A stretch of 64,000 nucleotides of DNA from Phaeosaccion multiseriatum. Lineage: Eukaryota; Protista; Ochrophyta, other classes. The DNA is taken from the NCBI GenBank assembly GCA_965112735.1, contig OZ218963.1, positions 992,001-1,056,000 of the forward strand, in the 5' to 3' direction. A program made the translations under genes and the position numbers. This document shows positions 53,569 through 64,000 of the stretch, one piece after another (position 1 is the stretch's first letter; the number at the start of each line of letters is the position of its first letter). The notes beneath the pieces are model-generated. The model was not told the origin of the DNA. It made no database searches and was given only the letters and a program-made list of their open reading frames with translations.

Positions 53569-53849
53569 GTCTCTCTCTCTCTCTCTGTCTCTCTCTCTGT
53601 CTCTCTCTCTGTCTCTCTCTCTGTCTCTCTCTGTCTCTCTCTCTCACTCTCTCTCTGCCTCTCTCTCTCTGCCTCTCTCTCTCTGTCTCTCTCTCTCTCT
53701 CTCTCTGTCTCTCTCCCTGTCTCTCTCTCTCTGTCTCTCTCTCTCTTTCTCTCTGTCTCTCTCTCACTCTCTCTGTCTCCCTCTCTCTCTCTCTCTCGCT
53801 CTGTCTCTCTCTCTCTGTCTCTCTCTCTGTCTCTCTCTCTCTGTCTCTC

Positions 53850-53897
<48 letters not shown>

Positions 53898-53927
53898 TCT
53901 TTCTCTCTCACTCTCTCTCTGTCTCTC

Positions 53928-53967
<40 letters not shown>

Positions 53968-54071
53968 CCTGTCTCTCTCTCTGTCTCTCTCTGTCTCTCT
54001 CTGTCTCTCTCTCTCTCTGTCTCTCTCTCACTCTCTCTCTGTCTCCCTCTCTCTCTCTCTCTCTCGCTCTG

Positions 54072-54103
<32 letters not shown>

Positions 54104-54246
54104 TGTCTCTGACTTGCTTGCCTCAGCTGCTGAGCGAACCTCACGCGGACCAGCCACTGGAGGCGGAAATTGCACGGGAGCTGGCAGATAATAAAGAGAA
54201 ATTCAACGAGACGGCCGCAAAGTGGACGCAGCAATATGCGGCATGA
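52321..54246 (+). CDS. Ubiquitin-conjugating enzyme E2 (Ubc4/UBE2D-like, 147 aa); exons 52321-52341, 52644-52757, 53121-53309, 54127-54246
   Basis: MARRLKKEL, W.A...GPEDSPYKGGVF, FP.EYPFK.PKVKF.TRIYHPNV, GEIC (catalytic Cys), LL.EP..D.PL..EIA and W.QQYA; all introns are GT-AG, phase 0. Confidence 0.93.
53432..54110. repeat. (CT)n/(CTGT) microsatellite inside E2 intron 3
   Basis: About 680 bp of interrupted CT dinucleotide between donor 53310 and acceptor 54126. Confidence 0.95.
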
Positions 54247-54526
54247 TCCACACGTAACAATACATATACAACACAATCACACTCTGCCGGCAAGGCTTCC
54301 GCGTGGAGCGATGGAGGGAGGTACAGACAGGCCCGCAGGCCGGAACTTCGGCCCCCACACGCACACTTCCACCACGCGGTCCAGCTCCGGCATCGCAATC
54401 CACGCCGGGGGTGCGCGGCTGGTGAGAGGGGCTCTGTGAGAGATTAGTGTTCGTTTCTTCGGGAAATAGCTCTCCAGCCCTTAGGCGAGATAGCGTGCTG
54501 CTGGCACTGCTGTTGGTAGTCTGTGG

Positions 54527-54945
54527 TCGGCTCCAGAACACACCTAGCTAGGCCTCTTTTGGACAATTGAGAATTGTTCGGCCTAGAGAGGGCTGCGGAC
54601 CGTTGGCCTTGACGAAGGTTGCCGAGGGTCCGAGGGGGGGAATTTGCCCCTCAGCTGGCCCGGAGCCCACCCGGTGTCTCTCTCTCGTGTTGAAGTCGGC
54701 TTATTTCGCGTTGTCTCTTGCACTCCTTGCCTGTCCTGCGAGGAGTGTCAGCCTACCGGCCGGTGTGCTGCCATTGGTGGCCCCAGGCACACTCGCGCGC
54801 TCGCGACGAGGTGGCATAGAGGCGGCCTACAAGCGCCCAACAAGCGGCCAACGAGCGGCCAACGAGCGGCCTGCGGCCTAGGGCTGGGAGCGACCTGGGG
54901 CGGCCGGAGGTCACCGGTTTAGTACGAAGGCCGAGCGGCCTACAA
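54527..54945 (-). mobile_element. Degenerate inverted relative of the 58021-58515 MITE
   Basis: The reverse complement shares AAGAGACAACRCGAA, GCAGCACACC...GTAGGC..CACTCC, CAGCCCTAGGC and GGCCTAG motifs; ends are eroded. Confidence 0.5.
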
Positions 54946-55113
54946 CCCCCCCAGGGTTGGCTGGCTGTGCGTGAGACAGTCAGTGGACCAATGAACTGAA
55001 ACTGTCACCTCCCTTGCCCGACTTCTCTTCTTCCTTGGTTCCCCGCCTCCTCTCTGGAGCAGCCCGCTCCTCCTAGACCAATTAAGATCATATAACCTCC
55101 TTCTAGGTTTCCA

Positions 55114-56066
55114 ATGGTGTCTTCCACTTTCTGGACGGCCTTTGGGAACTCCATTGGCATGATAATAGCCACGGAGATTGGGGACAAGACTTTTTTCATT
55201 GCTGCTATCATGGTAAGAGGGGGGGCGGGGTCTGCTCTGCTGGTCTCCTGGTAAAGCAAACATACTAAAAGCCCCTCCCCCTCCACGCTTTCTATCCTCT
55301 GCGTGCTACCACCAGGCCATGACCCACCCGCGGCTTGTCGTGTTTTCGGGCGCGTTGAGTGCCCTCGCAGTGATGACCGTGCTCAGCGCAGCGTTGGGCT
55401 TTGCTCTTCCCAGCATCCTTCCACGCGAGTACACGCATATCCTCTCCGCTCTACTGTTCCTATATTTTGGGGTTAGAATGATTAAGGAAGGGCTGGATGC
55501 GAAGGGTGGAGGTGAGTACGGAAGACGGGAGGAGGGCAACAAACCCCACCCGGTTGGTCTTCAGCAACACCCACTCTTTCTTTGTTTGTTGCCTCCACAG
55601 GACCGTCAGAAGAGCTGGCGGAAGTAGAGGAGGAGCTAGTTCACAAGAAGGAGGGGGGCGGCGCAGATGTCGAGTCAGGAGGGGGCCTTCGCGCGCAGGA
55701 AGAAGACAGCACGAGGGTTTTCACACAATCCTTTACCATGTGAGTGAGTTGCACACGCATTGCATTCCTCCACTACTGTTGTACTCGCGACACGGTCTCA
55801 CGAAATCCATCCCCCCTTGTTCTGCCCTTCTAAGGACGTTCCTCGCCGAGTGGGGGGACCGCTCGCAGATCGCCACAATAGCGCTGGCTTCAGCAAAGGA
55901 CGTGTTCGGCGTCACTTTGGGAGGGGTGATTGGGCACGCGATGTGTACAGGCTTGGCAGTAATAGGAGGTCGGATGTTGGCTGCTCAAATATCGGAAAAG
56001 ACGGTGCATTTGGCTGGCGGGGCCGTCTTCCTTGGGTTTGGTGCATTTTCATTGATTGGCGGATAG
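55114..56066 (+). CDS. GDT1: GDT1/TMEM165 (UPF0016) Ca2+/Mn2+ transporter; exons 55114-55212, 55316-55511, 55601-55739, 55835-56066
   Basis: Both family motifs EIGDKTFFIAA and FLAEWGDRSQ are present, with an acidic central loop and in-phase introns. Confidence 0.93.
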
Positions 56067-56165
56067 GTGTTGTTGAGTATACAGTGTATCAATCTACATA
56101 CTACAGCCAAAATGTTAGCTCCTGGGGTGGAGAGCTGGGCCCGTCGTGTCGGCATATGTCGCCGC

Positions 56166-57625
56166 TCAGGAGAGGTCGAGCTTCCGCAAAGTGTGGTGCA
56201 GCGTTGCGTTCTCCTGCGCCACCTTTTGGTGGAAGGCGGCCAGGGCGGCCTCCCACGTGGCCCACAAGGCCTGCTCTGCTGCTTCAATACTAGCGGCGTG
56301 GGCTTGCATTGCCGACGCCCTCGGTTCGACAGCTAACAGAAGAGGGGCCTTACCTTTACCTTCAAGTACAGACCCGCCGTCGGGGTCCCCACACTCCCTC
56401 CCTCCCTCCGTGTCCTCAAGCCTCCCCTCCTGGTGCTCTGGTGCACTGCTGCTAGCCCTACGGCGTCTTGCCTCTACCTCGGTTATTAAGCGCTTGGCCA
56501 ATGCTCTCTTTTGCTCGATGAACGTCATGTAGCGGTACCTGAACATTCCAATCTCGCACTGCTCGTCGGTTGCTGTACAAACGTACGTGAATTCTCCTCC
56601 CCCTCTCTTCTTCACGGTGCGCAGCCCGAGGGCACTCTCCATCTCCGCCTTCTCTGCTCTGCCCACATCTTCCATCATCTGAAAAACGGGCTGTATGAAA
56701 GAAAGGGGTAAAGCAGAGTCAGAGGTGAATTTCAGTCATACGAGTACACAAGGGGTTTTCCAAGGGGCTCATCTCTCACCTTTAGTCTGAGCACAAGGTC
56801 TCGCTTCTGGTCCTTCTTCTGGCAGAGCTCGGGCTTACCGCCCAGCAGAGGCTCGTCGCTATCGACAGGCCAACTCATATCACCCCCCGCAGCCTCCACA
56901 AGTGCTGCTGCGTCGCTGGCAGCCTCCGCCACGAGAGGGTACCCCGTGAGGCAAAACACTCGAGCAGCTATTCGCCTTGCCCGTGGTGTGCCAGGCTGGG
57001 CCGCCTGGAAGGCCCTGACCAGTAGCGCAACATCGTCCCCATCCGCCATTCTCCACCCATGCAGGTCGGCAGGGGCCTGCAAATATCCGTCTGTGGCACT
57101 CACCATCGGCTTCGCTTCGCTGGCGGCTGATTCTTGCGAGGACTCCTCCTCCTCCTCCTCCATGTGCCGCTTTGCCCTCTCTGGCATGACCATGCTTCTT
57201 CTCCTATTAGTGCTGCGGGCGCGCTCTCTGCTCACGCTGTTTTCCTTCCCTTTCCAGTGCAATGCTTTGGCGTTGTTGTCTCCCTTGAAGCAGCCTCCAG
57301 GGCTCTTGCGCCCCCCTCTCCCTCCCGTAAGGATGTTGCTGTCAGCAGCGCTCAACGCACCCAAACTTCTTCTACCTCCTTTTAAAGCTGGCGAGCGCGA
57401 TAGGCCTGCACAAGATATCCACGGAGACTCTACCGCTGCTGCTGCCGGCATTCTTGGATTGCTGGGAGGGTCGGGCAGCAGCATGGGGTCTGCGGTGTCG
57501 ACGTCATCGAGGTCCTCGAGGAAGTTCTTCATCCGACTCGGAGAGAGCGTTTTCCTGCGGCGAGTCGTAGGGGCCACATCATTCACCTCATTCTCCGCAA
57601 AGTCCAGCTCATCTAGGAAGTCCAT
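56166..57625 (-). CDS. Hypothetical protein; exons about 57625-56780 and 56690 (or 56678)-56166
   Basis: Two long minus-strand ORFs join through an in-phase GT-AG intron; low-complexity N-part and helical C-part; no family recognised. Confidence 0.7.
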
Positions 57626-58020
57626 TTCGCCCAGGGAAGGGAGTGGAACTCTGTCTCCGTCAAGGCCCCTGCTGGATGAACCAAGCTTTGCTCCCCCTCC
57701 CTCTACACCCCTCCACTCCCGCCCCGACTTCCTTGACCGTTTCTGTCCTCCTCGCCACTCTTCCACCTACCACCGCCAGCTCTTCTCGCTTCAGGGTAAA
57801 GGTTTATCGAACACAAATCGCAACCATTTATCACTGCAGCACGACCACACTCCTCCTACCCGGGGCGCGATTTAGGCTCAATTCAAACAGGTAGCGAGTC
57901 GGTACCACATTCCCCTTTCTCTTTTTTTTTCAAACACTTGTCCACACACACCAACGGTATTTATTGAAGCGCGCAAGGTGGTTCTTCGGCCTGTGATACG
58001 TCCCTTTTGTTACTTTTAAA

Positions 58021-58515
58021 TCGCCCCCGTGCACGCCTAGCGGCCTCGGCTCTAGGCCGCTAGGCCGCTCGGCCTTCGGCCGAAATAGGCCTAGGCCGGC
58101 GGCCTCCGTCCGCTCTAGGCCGCTCACTTTTCAGCCCTAGGCGGCCTATAGCCCGCCTCTAGGCAGCCTCCCAGTGACCGTGGGCGCGTGCGTGGTTCGT
58201 GGTGCCGCCCAGCCAGTGGGTAGCAGCACACCTGTAGGCCTGCACTCCCCGTAGGACCAGCGAGGCGGAAAGAGACAACACGAACCAAGTCTAGCTACTC
58301 CTCACTTATCCCATGCAATACATTTGCTTAAAACTGACGACACTTGGTCGGGTTCCGGGCCAGCCCAAGGGCACATGAGCATATTCCCGCCCTGGACCTG
58401 CGCCTAGTTGGCGTCTGCCCTAGGCGGCCTATAAATAGGCCGAGGGCCTACGGCCCTCGCTAGGCCGGGCAATTTTCCAAAATAGGCCTAGGCCGCTAGG
58501 CGTGCACGGGGGCGA
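58021..58515. mobile_element. 495-bp MITE, 26-bp TIR, 6-bp TSD TTTAAA
   Basis: TCGCCCCCGTGCACGCCTAGCGGCCT ... AGGCCGCTAGGCGTGCACGGGGGCGA; TTTAAA at 58015-58020 and 58516-58521; subterminal CTAGGCC motifs. Confidence 0.9.
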
Positions 58516-58531
58516 TTTAAAGGACTTGAAA

Positions 58532-58642
58532 TCGGCCCCTGACATGCTTCTGAGGCGACCCTGCTTCCTGCTTCTGGCCGGCGCCAGCCGGCCTGCTTCC
58601 TGCTTCTGGGCTGGCCTGTCTCAGAAGCATGTCAGGGGCCGA
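58532..58642. mobile_element. 111-bp MITE, 23-bp perfect TIR, 6-bp TSD TTGAAA
   Basis: TCGGCCCCTGACATGCTTCTGAG and its reverse complement; TTGAAA at 58526-58531 and 58643-58648. Confidence 0.92.
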
Positions 58643-58741
58643 TTGAAAACCAAACCGTAGATGGCACTTAAGGGTGTAATAGACCTGGACGTCCCTTTGC
58701 TTCCCTCGGAGGAGACTGACTTCAAATTTAAGTAAGACATG

Positions 58742-61700
58742 TCAGCCGGCCTCTTGGGCCTGTGGCCTCCAGGCCCATGGGCGCTCGTAGCCTCGTATCT
58801 TGGGCACTCGGAGGCGATGTCGGGTTGCGCCTCTGCTTTGGCACAAGTACTTCTCGTGATGCTTAATGCGGACCATGGGCAGCGCCATTGTGCAGCCCTT
58901 CCATTTGCAAGACACCGGTCGGAAGTCGCAGTGCTTTTCGTGCCTTGACAAGTCGGCGTTTCGCATTTTCTCGCCACACAAGGAACAGGAAGCAGTTGAG
59001 CGATTCTCTTCTCCACGAGCGGCCATCTCCAGGTGTCTCCGCCGCACTTTGCAGTGGTCCCGCAGGTGCTGCGCCATTTGAGAGAGCGGCAGTCGATCCG
59101 CGCAGCCCGCCTCGTGCAACACGCAGGCCACGGTGCGCATTGGGCACGCGTACAGGGTGTGCAGCCTGAGCTGTTTCTTCATCATCTCCTGCTGGCAGAG
59201 AGGACAGGACACCACCGTCAAGTTACTTGCGCGGCTTTTCATGGCCAGACGCGCCCTTCGCAGCTCCACCTTGCACACATTCTTCTCCAGAAAAGACGGC
59301 GTGGGGGGCTCTGCTCGGAACTCGGGGAGGGTGGGCTGCGGTTCGCTACTCATCCACTTGACCATGCCTCCACGAAGGGGCATGCGATAAAGCTGCTCTG
59401 TCACGTCATACACAAACTTCCCCTTGCCCTCCTCCAAGGTCAGGTAGGCGAGCAAGCCGTCTTGCACCGCCTCTTGGGTGGAAAGGCACTTGTGCATCGT
59501 GTCCATAACCTCCATGTTGCTCCTCTGGCAGCCCCAGTACCTCACCTCCTGAACAAGGCAATGCGCTGCTAGACCATCCGGACTTCCAATCATGTCCATG
59601 GGGAGCGGGAGCTGTTCCACGTCTACTGAGCTCCTGGGGAGGCCATTCTCCAGCAGTGTGACCCCTTTGGAGGTGGCTACAAAGGCGAGGTGCACCCACT
59701 GCATGCGGGGAAGGCGGTACTTGAAAGGAAACTCTTCCACGCCTTTCAGGCAGAAGCCGACTTGTTCCTCCTCACCCAGTTCGAGTTGCAGGAGACAATC
59801 GTGGCTGCTGGCAAGCGTGCCCATTCCGCCCTGTTTGTGCACACTTTGGCCCACCCTCTTCTCTAGCCGCATACCGAACTGTTTGGCGTGCTGCTGTTGT
59901 CGCTTCGCCTTCCTATTCTTCTTTCCCGAACGTCTGAAACGGCCTTTTTTCTTGTCCACCGCGCCATTGTTGTTCTGTGAAAGGGTTTGTCGCTTTTTCC
60001 CCGGCCCTTCTTCCCCCCCCCCCTCCAGTAAAGAACCTTGGATGCTGAAGCCCACAATATCCTCCACCTGTCTTTCGTGTTTCGGCAGCACATCTCTCAA
60101 CAAGCCTTGCACTCTTTCAATCAAAGCGTCACCCTGCAGCGCATTCCACTCGGCCCAGCGGTCGCTTGCCGCGGCCTCCTCTGCGTTAAGGCCAGCAGAC
60201 TCTGGCGCGAGCTTGTCCGTCTCAATGTCATTCGTGCCGCCGGAAGGGCTGGGGTGCACCTCCACCTTCTGTTGCTCTCGCTGTTGCCCCTCTACCTCAA
60301 CCACCACAGGTGGCTCAGACCCTTCCACCTTGGGCTCGTCGGCTGCAGCGGCTGAGTCTCCGGCAGGAGGCGGCAAGTCTACCTCTTCAATGGCCTTTGT
60401 CTCTGAAGCGGGTGTGTCAATTTCAGTGTTGCGAACCTCATTACTGGCGCCGGGGATTCCTGCAGTGCTGCTGCTGCTGCTGTCTTTGCCGTGGAAGTGT
60501 GCGTACCAGGGCTGGGCTACGAGCGATAGTTTGTCCGGCCCATATCGAAATCCCTCCCCTGACATTCGAGTTTTGACCACGTCGATCCCCTTGAGTGCAC
60601 TCCTGAGCACTCTTTGCGCTCGGAAGAGGCTCCTTACCAGCGCCACTCTGCTCTCGTCTCGAATCGAGGCCGCAGATATCATCTCGTCCATCAACGAGTC
60701 ACGCGTTTTCGCCGCTGCTTCCTGGTGGTGACACCCACACACACACGTCAGGGAAAGTAAAGTTGTCGTTAGAGCCCCAACAAAAACGGTTCCAAACAAC
60801 AAAAGAGTTGCCAACCCCCCCCCAATCTCACCTCCTTACTAACACCCTTCTTCAGCTTCTCCTCCAAGAGCTGCAACTTCTCACTGGCGCTCATTTCGGT
60901 GTCCTTCGCGTCCAAGAAGCAAAAGAAGTCCTCGAGGCCCATGCGAATCTTCGCTCTCGTCGTCTCCACTTCGTCCGGCCGCCACAACCAGAATTCCACG
61001 GTCCAAGGCGGCTTCTTGCTGCCTTCCCCAACAACCACGGTAGCGTCGCCGCCTTCCAGGCTCAGACAGGGCCTTGGCTGGAGCATCCTCTGAACCCTTT
61101 CGTGCTTGTCCCTCTCGAAAATGCGGACCAAGACGGGGCAGCCTAGCTCCCAGTTCTTGCACGGCACGCGTCTATTCGGGCATTCGTCTCTTTGGTGCAC
61201 GCCCAACCTCTCCAGCTTCACGAGAGCACCACAGCCCCCACACTGAGTCTGCTTCCTCCTTGCCTCCGACCGCTGCGCCATCTCTTGACGGGAAAACGTC
61301 ACTTGGCATTCCTCCTATTGAAATCAAATGAAATGAATCGTTTCAGACAAGGTAAGATACCCCCCAACAGGTCAGCTGTGGCTGTGGCAGCACAAGCCCC
61401 CTCCCCCTCACCTGCAAGTGCTGGCCGACAAGACATGCGGTTAGGTGCTGTGTGCAGCCCAACTCTGCATTGGGGCAGGGCACCTTTCGGTGCGGGCACT
61501 CCTCCTGCATGTGTCGCTGAAGCGTGCGGGCCTCGACTCGGTTATGGCAGCCGCTGCACTCAACAAAGCGCTCTCGCTTCGCGGCAATCTGTAAATGTTG
61601 GCAGGGAAGGGCAGATGAGAGAGGGGGAGGGGAGAAAGGCCCATTTCCACTTATGTCTCACCATCGCAAGCTCCGCTGTTCGTTTCAGCACCTCGCACTC

Positions 61701-62654
61701 TTCGGCCTGATGCTGCTTAAGCTTTGCGGCTTCCAGCAGGACCCCGCAGCCCTGCACAGGGCACATTATAATCCTCTTCACGCAGCTATCCGTTATATGA
61801 CTGTGCATATCACGCAGGCGCACGGCTTCCCCGCACATGGCGCATGGCCCCTCTTGCGTCAACTCTGCACCAGCGATAGCCAAAGTCCTGCGCATCAAAG
61901 CCACTCGGCAAGCGCTATCCAAGTGCCGCCGCACAGCTGCCTTTTGCATCAGGCTGCCACAGTCGGGCATAGGGCACGGTACAACCCTCAGCTCACACTC
62001 GTGCTCCAAATGCTTGGCCATTCTAGAGGTAGGCAGCAGCACGCCACACGCGTTGGTGCAGTCAGTGGTATTCTCCTCCTCGAGCTGCTCGACTGCTGCC
62101 GTCATGGGCCCTCTGGGAGGGGGGCGGCGACTTTGACGCAGCCTGGTCGGTGTCTTTCGCCCGTCCTGTTCGCTTCGCTTCATGATTGAGGACAGGAGCG
62201 CCGCCTTCTCCGTGTCCGCCTGTCGCAACTCGGCGTGCAGAAGCTGGAGCTGATCCTCCCACGCCAACCCCTCCTCCTCCGCCTGCTGCTGCTGCTGCTC
62301 CTCCTCCTCCTGCTCTTGCGGTGCCGCAGGGGCGGGCACGGAGAGCAGGGCTGGCACGAGACTCAGCGTCGGTGCTGGCGGTGCCGCCGAAAGTGAGGGG
62401 GCCGAGCCCGAGGCCGGCGAGAGTCGGTGGTTGTGCTGGCGCATGACATACGGCCAAAGCCGAATGTGGCCACTCCTGTGAAGTTCATCAGTATGCTCCG
62501 AAAACGTTCTGCTCTTGCCCCTCTGCCGATCCAGAATTGTGGTGAAAGAGCTCAACTCCCGAGTGCGAAGGAGCTCTTCGCCTTCGCTCTCGCTGCTGCT
62601 GCTCCTTGGGCTTCTGCTTCCATCCTCTCCCTCCCCGTCCAGTCCCATCGCCAT
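58742..62654 (-). CDS. Multi TRAF-type zinc-finger protein with a LamG/ConA-like region; exons 62654-61662, 61588-61412, 61314-60832, 60721-58742
   Basis: Repeated C-x2/3-C-x11-H-x3-C..R.V.C fingers at both ends; PWTVEFWL, WVHLAFV and VQEVRYW resemble a LamG-like beta sandwich; three phase-0 GT-AG introns. Confidence 0.8.
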
Positions 62655-62813
62655 TGGGACGAGAGGGGGAAGGGCAGAAGTCTCACCACCTAGCAAACTA
62701 TGCCATCAGAGAGGTGGTGAGTGATCATTTCACCGTTTCGGATTTCGAAAGGTGCGGATGGCATCCGATGGTGCACATCAAAGCACGGAGAATCTTCAAA
62801 AACAAAAACAACA

Positions 62814-62858
62814 ATGAGCGCGCGAAGGCCGACATTGAGAAGGAGGAGGCCCGGGCAA

Positions 62859-62889
<31 letters not shown>

Positions 62890-63975
62890 CGGCCAGCGCT
62901 GGCTTTCTCTGCTCTGCAGCTGCTGCCGCCTCTCAACATCAACACCATCGGTACCTCATGAGGCCAGCGTTTGCCACTCACAGCTGCGCAAGTATGCGTC
63001 CAGCACCGCGTCTGCGAAACCCCCGAATGAGGGCGGGCTCCTCTTCGACAGACACCAATTCCCCAGAAGCGCCGGGAGCAGGAGGGGAAGTCGTTGTAGA
63101 CGATGAAGCGGAGGGGCAGACGTACGCCGAGAGACAGCAGGCGATTTTCAAGCTCATCCGGGAAGGGAATGCTGCGGGTGGGAGTCTCTCCTGGATGGAT
63201 CCAAGCCAGGTCACGGCCGGCCTCCCCAGGACTAGGGCAAAGAGGCCGGCGAGGTCTGGCAACGCGGCGGCTGGTGTCCCGCTGACCGACAAGGACAGAG
63301 AGGACATGGCCATGCGGGCGCAGCTGGTGAGTCGGCCCGATTGCTTTCTCCCTGTCTTAAGCTTGTGTTGCTGAGACTCATGCTCCGCTGCTTTTTGTTT
63401 TGTCTTCTCTTTCAGCGCCAAGACAAGGTCGCGGCAAGCTACAGGAAGAGGCAGCTGCGCCTTGTCGGCGACCACGTGTTCCTGTCCCTGCTCGGAGTGG
63501 GCGCGTGCTGGGGCTTCTTCTCCGTCACAGCGGCGCAGAGGTGAGTGAGCTTGGGACAGGCACGCGAGCAACCCCCCGTCCCCTGGTGTGTTGGGTGCTA
63601 ACAGTGTTGTTACGTATCCCTCGCTGGTGCTGTGCAGCTACGCGCTGGGAGCCTTCTTCGCTACTCTGTACTTGTACCTTCTGAGCCGATACGTGGAGAC
63701 CCTGGGCAAGGAGGGCGGCGGCGGTGGCGGGGGAAGCTCTCGGCTTGTTCTCTCGGGAGCTCTGATTTGGATCTGCGGCAAGAACCCAAACTTCAGTGTG
63801 GCGCCAGCGGTCCTAGGTGGGTAGTGGTCGAGTGCACTTTTCTTGTGAATCCTCTTATCTCACTCGTTGCCCCCCCCGCTTTATGGATGTACACATGCAC
63901 ACACCAGGCTTCTTTTCTTATCAGGTCGCCACTCTGCTTCAGGCGCTGTACTATGACGCAGATGACAGTGACTAA
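62814..63975 (+). CDS. ATP synthase I (AtpI/CGL160)-like membrane protein, probably plastid-targeted; exons 62814-63326, 63416-63540, 63638-63816, 63908-63975
   Basis: C-terminal four-TM pattern SY.LGA....LYL.LL.R.VE.LG...SRL...PAVLGFFSYQ.A; long Ala-rich N-terminal extension; in-phase introns. Confidence 0.75.
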
Positions 63976-64000
63976 CAACTCCTCGGTTCAGCTCAGCTCC

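Noticed and set aside
53285-54191. ER-rich and SL-rich ORFs
   Set aside because: (CT)n microsatellite inside the E2 intron.

Overview
Eukaryotic nuclear DNA with spliceosomal introns. The organism is inferred to be a flagellated, plastid-bearing alga, probably a stramenopile, because ciliary genes (TTLL2-like, TMEM231) occur together with an AtpI/CGL160-like gene. Positions 1-37.2 kb are almost all repetitive: a degenerate (ACTC)n field with small hairpin insertions, a disrupted ORF-bearing element, a nested TIR transposon carrying (CCCT)n cargo, and a 342-bp (186+156) dimeric satellite. The satellite is interrupted three times by the same 1.53-kb spacer and once by a related 3.9-kb element. 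Positions 37.3-64 kb hold eight compact intron-containing genes: BABAM1-like, TTLL2-like, TMEM231, a Ubc4/UBE2D-like E2, GDT1/TMEM165, an unknown protein, a TRAF-type Zn-finger protein and an AtpI/CGL160-like gene. These are split by a 7.2-kb (GGGA)n complex repeat and several MITEs. The strongest unexplained signal is a set of five distinct non-autonomous elements that all end in 5'-TCGNCCC...GGGNCGA-3' (one with an internally deleted right end) and carry exact 6-bp target-site duplications. One of them forms a composite-transposon-like unit. No transposase or reverse transcriptase is recognisable in the window. All gene and family calls come from motif recognition by eye, not from database searches.
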